Notes: a model not told the origin generated them from the letters alone. DNA of 64,000 nt from an uncultured Methanospirillum sp. (GCA_964637135.1 CAZWTX010000009.1:1-64000); one strand, 5' to 3'; shown: positions 10,492 to 20,252, numbered from the stretch's first letter. A program made the numbers and translations.

Positions 10492-11123
10492 AACAGGCGA
10501 ATATCCTCCACTCTCACCCGCAGGCCGTCTCTGGTCAGGGCAACCAGGTTCACCACCCCGGTATGATTCAGATTCATCATGCAGAACCCGGGAAGAAACC
10601 GCATCCGCTTCCCGAATTCGGGAGGATGGTTCACCATCTCTGCAATCCCTTCAAATCCTATCATGTGGTAGGCCTCAAGATCCTTTACCTCTGCTCCCCG
10701 GGAACAGGCCGGGCCGACAACATGACAGGTGATCAGCCCGGATACCATGCTGACAGAGAGGACTTTCAGGACATGCTGGACCGGGCATCCGGCTCCTGCC
10801 GGTCTGCCGGTCAGGATATCACCGGGGACGATATTCATCCGTTCCACCATGTCAGGGCGGAATGGCAGGATGATCTTATGTGCGGAAATCTCACCCGGGA
10901 ACGGATGCAGGATGAAATCAGGAGCCCCGCCAAAGATATCCACCGGACAGCCGGAAGATTCCGGTGCAGGATGATCGGCGGAACCGGAACCGGTCCCATA
11001 ATACGGACAGGCGGAAAGCGCCAGCCTGCCTGCATGCACCAGTTCCATAAACCCGTCGCATTCCCGGCATCCGCATGCCCCGCAGTTCTTCCCGGGCGGC
11101 TCCCATGATTCGGCCCCAGACAT
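10488..11123 (-). CDS. Fe-S domain protein (RnfB/CdhE N-terminal-type cluster motif)
   Basis: PGKNCGACGCREC...ACPY; further Cys in GCPVQH and FCMM. Confidence 0.8.
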   Translation of the reverse strand: MSGAESWEPPGKNCGACGCRECDGFMELVHAGRLALSACPYYGTGSGSADHPAPESSGCPVDIFGGAPDFILHPFPGEISAHKIILPFRPDMVERMNIVPGDILTGRPAGAGCPVQHVLKVLSVSMVSGLITCHVVGPACSRGAEVKDLEAYHMIGFEGIAEMVNHPPEFGKRMRFLPGFCMMNLNHTGVVNLVALTRDGLRVRVEDIRLL

Positions 11124-11827
11124 TATTCACCCCGGTAAAAGAGGTCGGGTGCATCAAGACGCCTAAGGACGCCAAAATGATTCTTCCATCCGATCGTGGT
11201 CTTCCCGATGCAGACCGTGCAGACACCGAGGGGAGGGATACCCCTGAGGGTGATGGCCGAGGGATCGGTTATGTGGGGCGCATCCAGGATCATCTGGGTT
11301 AAAAACCGCATCCCGCTTCCCTGAAGTGCATTCGTCTCGACGATATCGATGTCATGGCGGATCTGCCTGATCCGCTCGCGGAAAACTTCTTTTTCTGCCT
11401 GAGAAACGAGATCGATCCTCGTCACCACGGCAATATCGGTAAGGGCGATCATCGGGGCCATTTTTGCCGGTGAATGAATTCCGGAGATGGCCGAGAGAAC
11501 AACGATCCCGAGTGACTGGGTGGTATAGGGGGTACAGCGGAGACATAACCCCGCACTTTCGACGATGAGGAAATCCGCATTTTCAGATTCTGCCCAGTCG
11601 ATCGCTTCGTCAAGGACCATGATACCAGCATGGTCAGGACAGAGATCTCCTGAATACACCTTCCTTGTTGGAATCCCGAACTCTTCTTTCAGTTCTTCGT
11701 CTTCTGTCGCGCTGACCACGTCAATCTTGAGGTACGCAGGCTTTTTCCCGGGAAGTGAACGGATAACCTGCCTGATGACAGCCGTTTTTCCTGATGACGG
11801 GGGACCTGCAACGGTGATCAGGTTCAT
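11123..11827 (-). CDS. G3E-family (CobW/HypB/UreG-like) GTPase
   Basis: GPPSSGKT, KID, DLCPDH, ESAGLCLRC, TRID, C-terminal CTVC. Confidence 0.85.
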   Translation of the reverse strand: MNLITVAGPPSSGKTAVIRQVIRSLPGKKPAYLKIDVVSATEDEELKEEFGIPTRKVYSGDLCPDHAGIMVLDEAIDWAESENADFLIVESAGLCLRCTPYTTQSLGIVVLSAISGIHSPAKMAPMIALTDIAVVTRIDLVSQAEKEVFRERIRQIRHDIDIVETNALQGSGMRFLTQMILDAPHITDPSAITLRGIPPLGVCTVCIGKTTIGWKNHFGVLRRLDAPDLFYRGE

Positions 11828-11834
11828 GAACGGT

Positions 11835-12614
11835 TCAGGCTCCCACCGGCGATATGATCAATTCCCCGGCCCGGATACGTTCTCTCATCAGGGAGATTGC
11901 CGTGTTACAGGAAACCATCTGGGTGATCGCTTCTTGCTCACTTCCATCCGGAATGATGACCTTCACCACGGCTCCGTTCCGCATGACGATCCGCCGGTCT
12001 GAAAGAAGCGATACGAGGGGATCGTGTGTTACAAACAGGAGTGCCTTGTTATGGCTCTTTAGTGCATCAATAACCCGTTCTTTGAAGATACCGGCATTTT
12101 CCACTTCATCAAGGAGGATTATCGGGGTATCGGAGATAAGGATGGCATCGGCGACCATGAGGGCACGGGTCTGGCCACCCGAAAGCTGGGTCATCCGGCA
12201 CCGGTCTGATACCGGTTCACCGGTAAACTGGTTTGCAAGGGTGATCGTCTCTTCCGTCAGGGTACGGTCCTCCATCCCGCGTGACTGCATATGCATGAGG
12301 AGGAAATCCTCAACCGTGAGGTCGCAGAGACACCGGTTATTCTGTGTGATGAGGGCTACCGGTTTCTTCGCCGGATCACGGATGAAACATTCCGGGGGAT
12401 CCCTGCCGTTCACCAGGATCCGGCGATGAGTGACAGTGTCTCCGGAAGCGAATATCTCGATATCGTTGATGAATGCACTCTTTCCCGAACCGGTCGGACC
12501 GACAATCGAGAGGGTATCTCCCGGACGGATCCGGATTGATCCGAATCCTTCAGTCATTCCGTTGCGATCTCTTCCCGGGAGGATCTCGATCTCATGAACC
12601 TGGTACTCGGCCAT
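11835..12614 (-). CDS. Stand-alone ABC-type ATPase
   Basis: GPTGSGKS, LSGGQ, LLDE, THD; no permease nearby. Confidence 0.88.
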   Translation of the reverse strand: MAEYQVHEIEILPGRDRNGMTEGFGSIRIRPGDTLSIVGPTGSGKSAFINDIEIFASGDTVTHRRILVNGRDPPECFIRDPAKKPVALITQNNRCLCDLTVEDFLLMHMQSRGMEDRTLTEETITLANQFTGEPVSDRCRMTQLSGGQTRALMVADAILISDTPIILLDEVENAGIFKERVIDALKSHNKALLFVTHDPLVSLLSDRRIVMRNGAVVKVIIPDGSEQEAITQMVSCNTAISLMRERIRAGELIISPVGA

Positions 12615-12663
12615 AGAGAATATTCGGAGGGAGTGAACATGAATCCTTTCCTTAAATTGCCAT

Positions 12664-12689
12664 TAATTTTCCTGATTGGGATAAAATTA
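12664..12689. promoter_or_regulatory. Imperfect palindrome in divergent promoter region (candidate operator)
   Basis: taatttt-cctgattgggat-aaaatta has 7-bp perfect arms and lies next to the AT-rich ttattaataaaa. Confidence 0.45.
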
Positions 12690-12709
12690 TTAATAAAAAC
12701 TATACAATA

Positions 12710-13213
12710 ATGATTATGTTTTCACGGGACATCTTCCGATCAGACTTTAAGGAAGCCCTGGAACGAGCACTTGACCGGCGGCAGATAACCCTGAAAGAAC
12801 TGGCAGAAACAGCTGGTATCCCGGTTGCAACCATCTACAAGATTACGTCAGAGGAGCGGGACCCCCGGTTTTCAACGGTCAGGGCAATCGTCAGGGCGCT
12901 CGAACCCTACGAGCAGGACACCATTGCGATCATCGGTGCAAAATTTCTTCTTGACGAGATTGGACCCCGGACAATCGAGAGAAACGGCAGGAAGATCCGT
13001 GTCCGGGGATACCCGGCACATACCATGGAGGAGTGTATCATTTCAGCGGTGAGGGCAGAGAAGGAAGGAGCGGCAGGGATCATATGTGCCCCGATTCTTG
13101 CAGCACTCATCGAGCGGATCGTCGATATCCCGGTGGTCATGCTGAGACCGGACTCCCAGTCATACCTGGAAGCGATAGATAATCTCTCAAACCAGCTCGA
13201 TGAAACGGGATAA
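12710..13213 (+). CDS. XRE/Cro HTH transcriptional regulator with C-terminal putative ligand-binding domain
   Basis: TLKELAETAGIPVATIYKITSEERDPRFSTV; divergent from the CoM operon. Confidence 0.85.
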   Translation: MIMFSRDIFRSDFKEALERALDRRQITLKELAETAGIPVATIYKITSEERDPRFSTVRAIVRALEPYEQDTIAIIGAKFLLDEIGPRTIERNGRKIRVRGYPAHTMEECIISAVRAEKEGAAGIICAPILAALIERIVDIPVVMLRPDSQSYLEAIDNLSNQLDETG

Positions 13214-13223
13214 AAAAAGAAAA

Positions 13224-13709
13224 TCAGGCAGGGATCGGAAGATCAAACTTCTGGAAGAAGGTGATCACCTGTCCGTTCACCGTCCCGGCATCGTCTTTCA
13301 TGGAGGGGTACATCTCATTGATCGTGGCAACACAGGATCCACAGGAGTTTACCAGGGTTCCATACTCGTTGATATCCGCAAGGTACGTCTCTGCGGTCTT
13401 CAGGTATGCATCCCGGAGAGCGTCGGTTTCCGGTGAGAGGGTATACGCAGAGATCTTCCCGGTAAAGGTCTCAAGTTCGGCCTTTTTTTCTGACGCGATG
13501 GTCGGAATTGCCTCATCGGCACCATTAAAGAATCCCGTCTTTAGGGCTGCCGGGATCTCGTAGAGCAGGGGAACTCCTTCGCCGGTGATATCCGCGAGGA
13601 ACCGGTTGTCGTCATCAGTCAGGGTCAGTTCGTCTGCTACAGCCGGAAAAGAACATACGGTTACCAGAACCAGAAGGAGAACACTCCAGAATACCGATCC
13701 ATGTTTCAT
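13224..13709 (-). CDS. Exported hypothetical protein
   Basis: Signal peptide ending AVA; helical-looking body with a CGSC motif. Confidence 0.7.
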   Translation of the reverse strand: MKHGSVFWSVLLLVLVTVCSFPAVADELTLTDDDNRFLADITGEGVPLLYEIPAALKTGFFNGADEAIPTIASEKKAELETFTGKISAYTLSPETDALRDAYLKTAETYLADINEYGTLVNSCGSCVATINEMYPSMKDDAGTVNGQVITFFQKFDLPIPA

Positions 13710-13768
13710 ATTCGAAGGTATTATCCGGTTGCGTATATTTCTTCTGGAGGAAGGGCCCGGAAAAAAGA

Positions 13769-16700
13769 TTACAGGGTGAAATTTCCGGACTGTTGCTTCA
13801 GGCGGGAGGTGAGATCCGAGATCTCATGGGTCGAAGCGGCTATCTCCTGAGCCGATCGGCCGACAAGGTCCATATCCATAGAGACCTCCTCCATCAGGTG
13901 CAGGTTCTTCTCGCTCTGCCGGTTAACAGAGCCGACTCCATCCAGGAGATGATTCATTAGCACTTCTTCTGATTCTGTTGCCTGTGATATCTGCTCCATT
14001 CCTTCCCGAACAATGTGTACCTTGCTGATAATGACGGAGAGGGCTTCGATCGCCTGGTGAACACTCTCTATAGCGCCTCCGACCTCGTTGTACGAGGACT
14101 GGATCGAATCGACGGTCATCATCGTGCTCTTCTGTATCCCCCGGATCAGTTCTTCTATCTGGGTGGTCGCAACCTTGGACTGGCCGGCGAGATTTTTCAC
14201 CTCCTGGGCAACCACGGCAAATCCTTTTCCGTGTTCGCCGGCCCGTGCCGCCTCGATAGCGGCATTGAGTGCAAGGAGGTTTGTCTGGCTTGATATGTCT
14301 GCTATCATCCGGACAATCTTGTCAATCTCGTTCATCTGGCGGCTGAGATCGGTGATCTGATCCATGCTTGCAGAACTAATCGCACCAACCGACTCCATCT
14401 TTCGGTTTGCATCGTTTCCAAGTTCCCTTGCCTGTTCTCCCTGGAGCGATGCAGATCTGGCTTCTTCCATGAGCCGGTCTACGATCTGCCTGATCTCACC
14501 GACGGACCTCCAGAGCGTCGAAATTTCATCAGAGATCCTGATAATCTCCTCGAGCTGCCCCCGTGCCCCTGTTGTCGATGCATGGACCCTGCTGATGACA
14601 TTCTGAACCGAGCCGGCAATAGCGCCGGTCTGTTCGAGCGTGGTCCCCGTTACGGCAGACAGCCGGTTGATAGAATTTTCAAGTTCTTCAATGAGGGAAG
14701 AAACCGCGTCAAGGGCAGTATTGCAGTCCTTTTTAATCTGGTTGAGGGGATCGCCGGGTATCATTTCAGACCGGTTGGTGAGATCGCCCTGTGCAACCTG
14801 TGCCATACAGTTTTCAAATCCAGCGGCACTTTGCGAGAGCAAGGCAGCTTTCTGGCGGGATTCTGATAGCAGATGTTCGACCTCCTGTTCCTTTTCCTTT
14901 CGTGCGGTGATGTCGTTGTATACAATCAGGTAGTTTTCAAGATCTCCTGAAATAGAGAAGACTGGGATGCCATGCTGTTCAAGAATCCGGATACCGGCGG
15001 GAAAATCAAGAGTCAGTTCACCAAACGTCGGACGCTGATCGGCCAGGAGTTCTTTCAGTCCTGAACCGGAATATTCCATGACCGGGATATCGGTCGGTCT
15101 CATGGAGAGGAGCTGGTCGTGGGAATATCCGGTCAGGGTCAGATATGCATCATTCGTGACCAGTATGTTCTGATCCTGGTCGATGAGGAGGATCGGCATC
15201 GGGATCTGCTGGACGATGGAGTTGTTGAGATGCTCAAGTTTCCTGATTTTGATCAGGTTTTTCTCCAGTTCTTCTTCTCCTTCCTTGCGATCAAGATACG
15301 TCTTCAGCATCTCGGCAAGCGAATTTATGAGGTTGCGTTCTTCAGTCAGGAACGGGCCTTCCTGTTCGGGTGGTTTCTCCTCAAGGTATACCACATCAAC
15401 CCGGGATGAAATCCCGAACCGGGTGGTAAATGCCGCCGACTGGATCCACGGGGTATCACGATACCCGTCAGACCGGAATTGCGTATCACCGTGAATCACC
15501 CGGGCGGCGCAGCATTCAGGATACTGCCATCCCGGGGGAATGAGATTCGCCACCCGGGATAACACATCGCCTGTCTGAAGCGTATCATCCTGGATAAGCG
15601 AGGCCGTAGAATAGAACAACCGCTGTTCCTTCACCCGTTCGCCGAGATCGTGCATCTTGACGGCAAGTTCCTGCTCGTTTTCCTTCCGGTCGATATATGT
15701 CTTCAGCATCTCGGCGAGCGAATTGATCAGGTTGCGTTCCTCAAGCAGGAACGGACCTTCATACTCGGCTTTTTGTTCGGTACAGTACACCACCTCGATG
15801 GAGCCCTGGCCGCCGTGTCGTGAGGTGAATGAAGCAGTCTGTTTCCAACAGGAATCCCGGTACCCAGGAGTTTTTGCACTCATTCCAGCATACGTGATGG
15901 CAGCTTCGCAGCATTCAGGATACTGCCATCCGGGAGGAATGAGATTGACCACCCGGGAAAGGACATCGCCAACCTCAAGCATATCATCCTGAATAAGCGA
16001 GGCCGTAGAATAGAACAGCCGTTGTTCCTTCACCCGTTCGCCGAGGGCATGCATCTTATCGTCAAGTTCCTGCTCGTTTTCCTTCCGGTCCAGGTAAATC
16101 CGGATCAGTTCGGAAAGCGAATTTATGAGGTTCCGCTCCTCAAGCAGGAACGGGCCTTCCTGTTCAGGTGGTTTCTCCTCCAGGTACACAACTTCAATGG
16201 ACCCTCTTTTTCCGGTTCTGGTGGTGAAGATCCCTTTCTGTATCCATTGGGTTTCTCGGAATGCCGGTGAGGAGCGGGAATGTCCGGAGTACTGGATCCT
16301 GGCAGCACAGACATCCGGGTACTGCCATCCGGGGGGAATCATTTCTGCTATCCGCCCGAGCACATCTTCCACCGCGATTGTATCATCCTGGATCAGTGAG
16401 GCAGTCGAGTAGAACAGGCGTTGTTCCTTCACCCGTTCACCATAATCATGCTCGAGTTTTTCTTTTATCCGGGCGGCTTCCTGTTCGGCAATGACCCGGA
16501 GGGTGATATCCTTGAATACCAGGATTGTCTCCTCACCATACTCACCTTCGGCAGAAACCGGAATCGGGTATCCTTCGAGATACCGGGTGCCGGCAGGGAA
16601 CGAGACCGGGGTTGTCCGGATTTCCGGCACATCCCGGGTTGTCATGAAATAATCCGGCAGATCGGGGATTATAGCAGGTAATGATTTCCCTGTCAGATCG

Positions 16701-16990
16701 TCGCGGGAATACCCGCTCATTTTCAGGAAGGATGGATTGGCATCCGAGATCTCATGTGATTCGTTCAGGATGAGGACCGGATGCGGACCTCCATTGAGGA
16801 GCCGGGTCAGGCGGGTGAGATCACGCGACTGTTTCCCGATTCTGGCCATAGCCTGACTGACCAGTTCCTGGTCACCGGGAGGCAGTGTGTCCGGTACGGC
16901 GCCGGGATATTCTTCGGTTAGCGAATTGCTGACTATTGAGGTGAGGAATGATTTAACATAGGTATCCATGATCGTCACTGTACAAGTCAA
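13769..16990 (-). CDS. Soluble MCP with PAS, three GAF-like repeats, PAS and signalling domain
   Basis: No TM segment; PAS-like ANPSFLKMSGYSRDDL and [44 protein letters not shown]. Confidence 0.92.
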   Translation of the reverse strand: MTCTVTIMDTYVKSFLTSIVSNSLTEEYPGAVPDTLPPGDQELVSQAMARIGKQSRDLTRLTRLLNGGPHPVLILNESHEISDANPSFLKMSGYSRDDLTGKSLPAIIPDLPDYFMTTRDVPEIRTTPVSFPAGTRYLEGYPIPVSAEGEYGEETILVFKDITLRVIAEQEAARIKEKLEHDYGERVKEQRLFYSTASLIQDDTIAVEDVLGRIAEMIPPGWQYPDVCAARIQYSGHSRSSPAFRETQWIQKGIFTTRTGKRGSIEVVYLEEKPPEQEGPFLLEERNLINSLSELIRIYLDRKENEQELDDKMHALGERVKEQRLFYSTASLIQDDMLEVGDVLSRVVNLIPPGWQYPECCEAAITYAGMSAKTPGYRDSCWKQTASFTSRHGGQGSIEVVYCTEQKAEYEGPFLLEERNLINSLAEMLKTYIDRKENEQELAVKMHDLGERVKEQRLFYSTASLIQDDTLQTGDVLSRVANLIPPGWQYPECCAARVIHGDTQFRSDGYRDTPWIQSAAFTTRFGISSRVDVVYLEEKPPEQEGPFLTEERNLINSLAEMLKTYLDRKEGEEELEKNLIKIRKLEHLNNSIVQQIPMPILLIDQDQNILVTNDAYLTLTGYSHDQLLSMRPTDIPVMEYSGSGLKELLADQRPTFGELTLDFPAGIRILEQHGIPVFSISGDLENYLIVYNDITARKEKEQEVEHLLSESRQKAALLSQSAAGFENCMAQVAQGDLTNRSEMIPGDPLNQIKKDCNTALDAVSSLIEELENSINRLSAVTGTTLEQTGAIAGSVQNVISRVHASTTGARGQLEEIIRISDEISTLWRSVGEIRQIVDRLMEEARSASLQGEQARELGNDANRKMESVGAISSASMDQITDLSRQMNEIDKIVRMIADISSQTNLLALNAAIEAARAGEHGKGFAVVAQEVKNLAGQSKVATTQIEELIRGIQKSTMMTVDSIQSSYNEVGGAIESVHQAIEALSVIISKVHIVREGMEQISQATESEEVLMNHLLDGVGSVNRQSEKNLHLMEEVSMDMDLVGRSAQEIAASTHEISDLTSRLKQQSGNFTL
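15280..16450 (-). repeat. Three tandem 399-bp (133-aa) intragenic repeats
   Basis: (t/c)tgttccttcacccgttc starts at 15623, 16022 and 16421; GERVKEQRLFYSTASLIQDD...IPPGWQYP...GPFLxEERNLINSL occurs three times. Confidence 0.95.
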
Positions 16991-17503
16991 TGCCAGGGGA
17001 GAATAATACTTCCGGGTTGTTTTAAATATTTGAATGAGATGGTATTGATCTCGAAGGATAACTCACCCGGGAGAAACAGACTGGCCGGTTTCCAGTTCAG
17101 GAGAGAGAAAAGTGGGTGTCCGGGGCGGAGAAAAGCAGAAGATCAGGCAGAGGATGATCGATATTGATGTCGGTGATGCGGGGATTGGTTTTCCACCGGT
17201 CTCTTGTTCTGGATCGGTGTTTTTTCCTCTATCCTCGTCATCAATAAGAAGAAACCAGATCACTTGAGAAAGAAGAACCCAATCATCAATATTATTGCGG
17301 AGGATAGGGGTACGTTCAGGGGGGTGAGGGAGTTGTCGTAACAGATTGAAGGAAAAAACACTACCAGAGCCCTTAATCTGGATGAATGTATTCGGAAGAA
17401 TTGGTCAGTTGAAATCCTAAATATGTATTATTAACAGGCTCCTCTCTCTAATAGAATCATAATGAGTTCGTGATAATGAGGACTCTCAACAACTAAAAAA
17501 AAC

Positions 17504-17995
17504 TCACCCCTTCACCGCAATCATCTCAATCTCAACCTGTGCTTCATTCGGAAGGCTCACCACGCCCACCGTAGACCGTGCTGGAGTTGCATTTCCCATA
17601 TATCCGGAGTAGATCTCATTCACCGTTGAAAAGTCAGAGAGATTCGTCATATAAATGTGAGTATTCACCACATCGTCAAATCTGAGCCCGGATGCAGCAA
17701 GAACTGCCTTGAGATTCTTCATGACCTGGTGCGTCTGACCTTGGAGCGTCTCGGCAAGAACACCGGTCTGTGGATCAAGACCGATCTGTCCTGAGGTGTA
17801 CACATACTCATTTACGACAACTCCCTGGCTATAGGGTCCGATCGGTTTTGGAGCCTGACCGGTGTATATCACTTCCCGGTGTGATCCTTCTACCAGCATG
17901 GTAACCAGAATCATGAGGACCATCCCAAGGATAATACACGTGATTGCGAGCAGAATGGTATTTTTATCAGGTTTCAGATCCATGACCAATGTCAT
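17504..17995 (-). CDS. RidA/YjgF family protein with N-terminal TM extension
   Basis: APKPIGPYSQG, YTSGQIG, VNEIY, PARSTV, VEIE; preceded by hydrophobic ILLAITCIILGMVLMILVTMLV. Confidence 0.88.
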   Translation of the reverse strand: MTLVMDLKPDKNTILLAITCIILGMVLMILVTMLVEGSHREVIYTGQAPKPIGPYSQGVVVNEYVYTSGQIGLDPQTGVLAETLQGQTHQVMKNLKAVLAASGLRFDDVVNTHIYMTNLSDFSTVNEIYSGYMGNATPARSTVGVVSLPNEAQVEIEMIAVKG

Positions 17996-18093
17996 ATCAG
18001 GGATCTCATATAGATAATCGGTCGGGCGATGCCAGCCATAACTAATAGCCGGAGAAACTCAACCAAAAGAGCCGTCAAATAAAAAAAATAAGA

Positions 18094-19629
18094 TCAGGTT
18101 GCCGAAAGGCTCGACCGGTCAGCGTATGCCTTCTGCCTGACGAACTGGGATCCGGATGTTGAAGATCCGGTTGTCTTAACAGGCTCACTGCTCTCACCAT
18201 CCCGGCTTGCAAGGGAATCCCAGTTCAGCGGAGTTCTCCGCTGGCTATCTACATAGAAGAGATTCTGTGTCGATGCAGATCCGGTCCCCGTTGCTGATCC
18301 CTGGCTCTTTACATAGCCTTTTATCGCTACCGGTGCCTGACCGGGCAGTCCTCCGGATTCAAAGTTTGTCTGTACGGCAGATTTTCCACCGGATGACATC
18401 CCCGAATGGGTGAGATAGGGGGCTGAACCGTCATAGGTTGCCGAAAGCGAGGAGGAAGAATCATCCCAGATGAGTTCCTGTTCCCCGGAGAGTTGGACAG
18501 AGCCATCTGAAGAGGTGCCAAAGGCATCTCCCGTTATACTGTCCCTTATCCCGGTATTCCCGATATTGAACCGGGTCTCAGAACTGAATCCGGTGCCTGC
18601 AGGAACAGCAACCCAGTTTTCCATCAGGCCTTCAGATCCGTAATTAATGATTTCTCCGGAGGAGGAGAAATCGGTCAGGTCAATACCACCGATATAGGAC
18701 AGACCGTCACCTTCCGTCCCTTCTTCACTATTGTGATGGATTGCGTATCCCATGAGGGAGGCAGCGTCCAGATCCCTCATTCTCTGGGTGGTTATCACTT
18801 CGTTGACCGAAGCGTGTACGAATCCCCTCCCGGATCCGATATATCCATCATCAAATTGCGTAATGCGCATTGAATACTTGCCAGTATCCGGGGACTGGAT
18901 ATCTAATAGTCCAGATTCCATACGTTCGGTGAGATTGAGGTGCTCTTCCCCTGACCCGGCAATGATCTCTGTCGCATTAAAACCGGCCGGACGCATCTGC
19001 TCAAGATTGCCGACAATAACCGGCTCGAATGGATACGGATCAGTGGAATGGACAGCTTGTTCCTGAATGGTTCCACTTCCGGAGAGACCGTTCATCTCCA
19101 TCATACTCTCCGGACCGGGTATCATGGGATCCTGACTATTCGGGAAGGCCGACCCCCAGGTGATTCTGCCAGAGACATCTCCTGATAGTTCTACAAATGA
19201 AAGGGAAATATCCCTTCTTTCATTCGCAATACCATAACTGCGGGCCTGAACCTGGTCAGCATCAGTGACGGTCAGGAATATCTTCCCATAGAAATACGGA
19301 GAGCCGTTATTGATCTCCGTCCGGTATGACCAGGAGGTCTCGTCAGATCCGTTAATGGACAGGTAGGTCACTGACTGACCACCTGAACCGTCGATCAGCG
19401 TAATCGTCTTTGACACATTTCCGGTACCCTGAATACTGTCTGATGATTCCGACGAGATGAGGGTTACCACGGACAGGTTTTCCGGGATCGATTCCGGTGT
19501 ATCCGGGAATTGAAAGAGATTTGGATCAAATGTGGAGATATTTTCCGGCTCATCAGCAACGCTGGCCTGTATTCCCCAGAAAAGGACCAGTATCGTAACG
19601 AAAAAAAGTATCCGCATACCCATGAGCAT
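18094..19629 (-). CDS. Secreted Ser/Gly/Thr-rich hypothetical (probable surface) protein
   Basis: Signal peptide, several N-x-S/T sequons, acidic, alternating beta-like pattern. Confidence 0.7.
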   Translation of the reverse strand: MLMGMRILFFVTILVLFWGIQASVADEPENISTFDPNLFQFPDTPESIPENLSVVTLISSESSDSIQGTGNVSKTITLIDGSGGQSVTYLSINGSDETSWSYRTEINNGSPYFYGKIFLTVTDADQVQARSYGIANERRDISLSFVELSGDVSGRITWGSAFPNSQDPMIPGPESMMEMNGLSGSGTIQEQAVHSTDPYPFEPVIVGNLEQMRPAGFNATEIIAGSGEEHLNLTERMESGLLDIQSPDTGKYSMRITQFDDGYIGSGRGFVHASVNEVITTQRMRDLDAASLMGYAIHHNSEEGTEGDGLSYIGGIDLTDFSSSGEIINYGSEGLMENWVAVPAGTGFSSETRFNIGNTGIRDSITGDAFGTSSDGSVQLSGEQELIWDDSSSSLSATYDGSAPYLTHSGMSSGGKSAVQTNFESGGLPGQAPVAIKGYVKSQGSATGTGSASTQNLFYVDSQRRTPLNWDSLASRDGESSEPVKTTGSSTSGSQFVRQKAYADRSSLSAT

Positions 19630-19736
19630 ATATCCGGCATGTCGGATTTAATTTTTCATACGGTTTTCCCGTACGGCTCTAAACCAACACGGATGAATCA
19701 CAAAAAATTGTCATGAGCCGGGGTTCTGCCCTGCGT

Positions 19737-20252
19737 TCAGGAGACAAGATCGTGCATGGAGACCAGGGGAATCAGCCTGACATCATGTTCTTTCAGGAGG
19801 GCTGCTGCCCCCTCATCCCGATCCACGACGCTGACAACCGTCCTGATAGATCCCCCGGCCGCCCGGATCTGGTTGATCCCGAATATCGCCGACCCGCCGC
19901 TCGTCGTCACATCCTCGATGAGGAGTACATCCCGTCCGCTGACATCCCCGATGACAAGGTCGGCAATCCCGTGATCTTTCTGCTCCTTCCTGATGACCGA
20001 ATAGGGTTTTTTTGCCGCAAGGGAGACTGCGACCGCAAGGGGAATCCCTCCGACGGCAACACCCGCGATACGGTCCCAGGAAAGAGCCATCCGGACCGTC
20101 TCGCGTGCAATGGTATCCAGGATCACCGGATCAGTCATTGCCTGTTTTATATTGATATACACCCTGCTCTTTTTCCCTGATGCAAGGGTGAAATCACCGA
20201 ATTGTATCGCTCCACAGGAGATGAGGAGATCTTTTAGTGACGATGCTACCAT
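19737..20252 (-). CDS. pyrE: Orotate phosphoribosyltransferase
   Basis: FTLASGKKS, IRKEQKDHG, PRPP motif LLIEDVTTSGGS. Confidence 0.95.
   Translation of the reverse strand: MVASSLKDLLISCGAIQFGDFTLASGKKSRVYINIKQAMTDPVILDTIARETVRMALSWDRIAGVAVGGIPLAVAVSLAAKKPYSVIRKEQKDHGIADLVIGDVSGRDVLLIEDVTTSGGSAIFGINQIRAAGGSIRTVVSVVDRDEGAAALLKEHDVRLIPLVSMHDLVS

Noticed and set aside
15280..16450. Periodic repeats as a CRISPR-like array
   Set aside because: They are in-frame 399-bp protein domain repeats
17063..17263. 66-aa minus-strand ORF
   Set aside because: No SD, no motif and low-complexity composition
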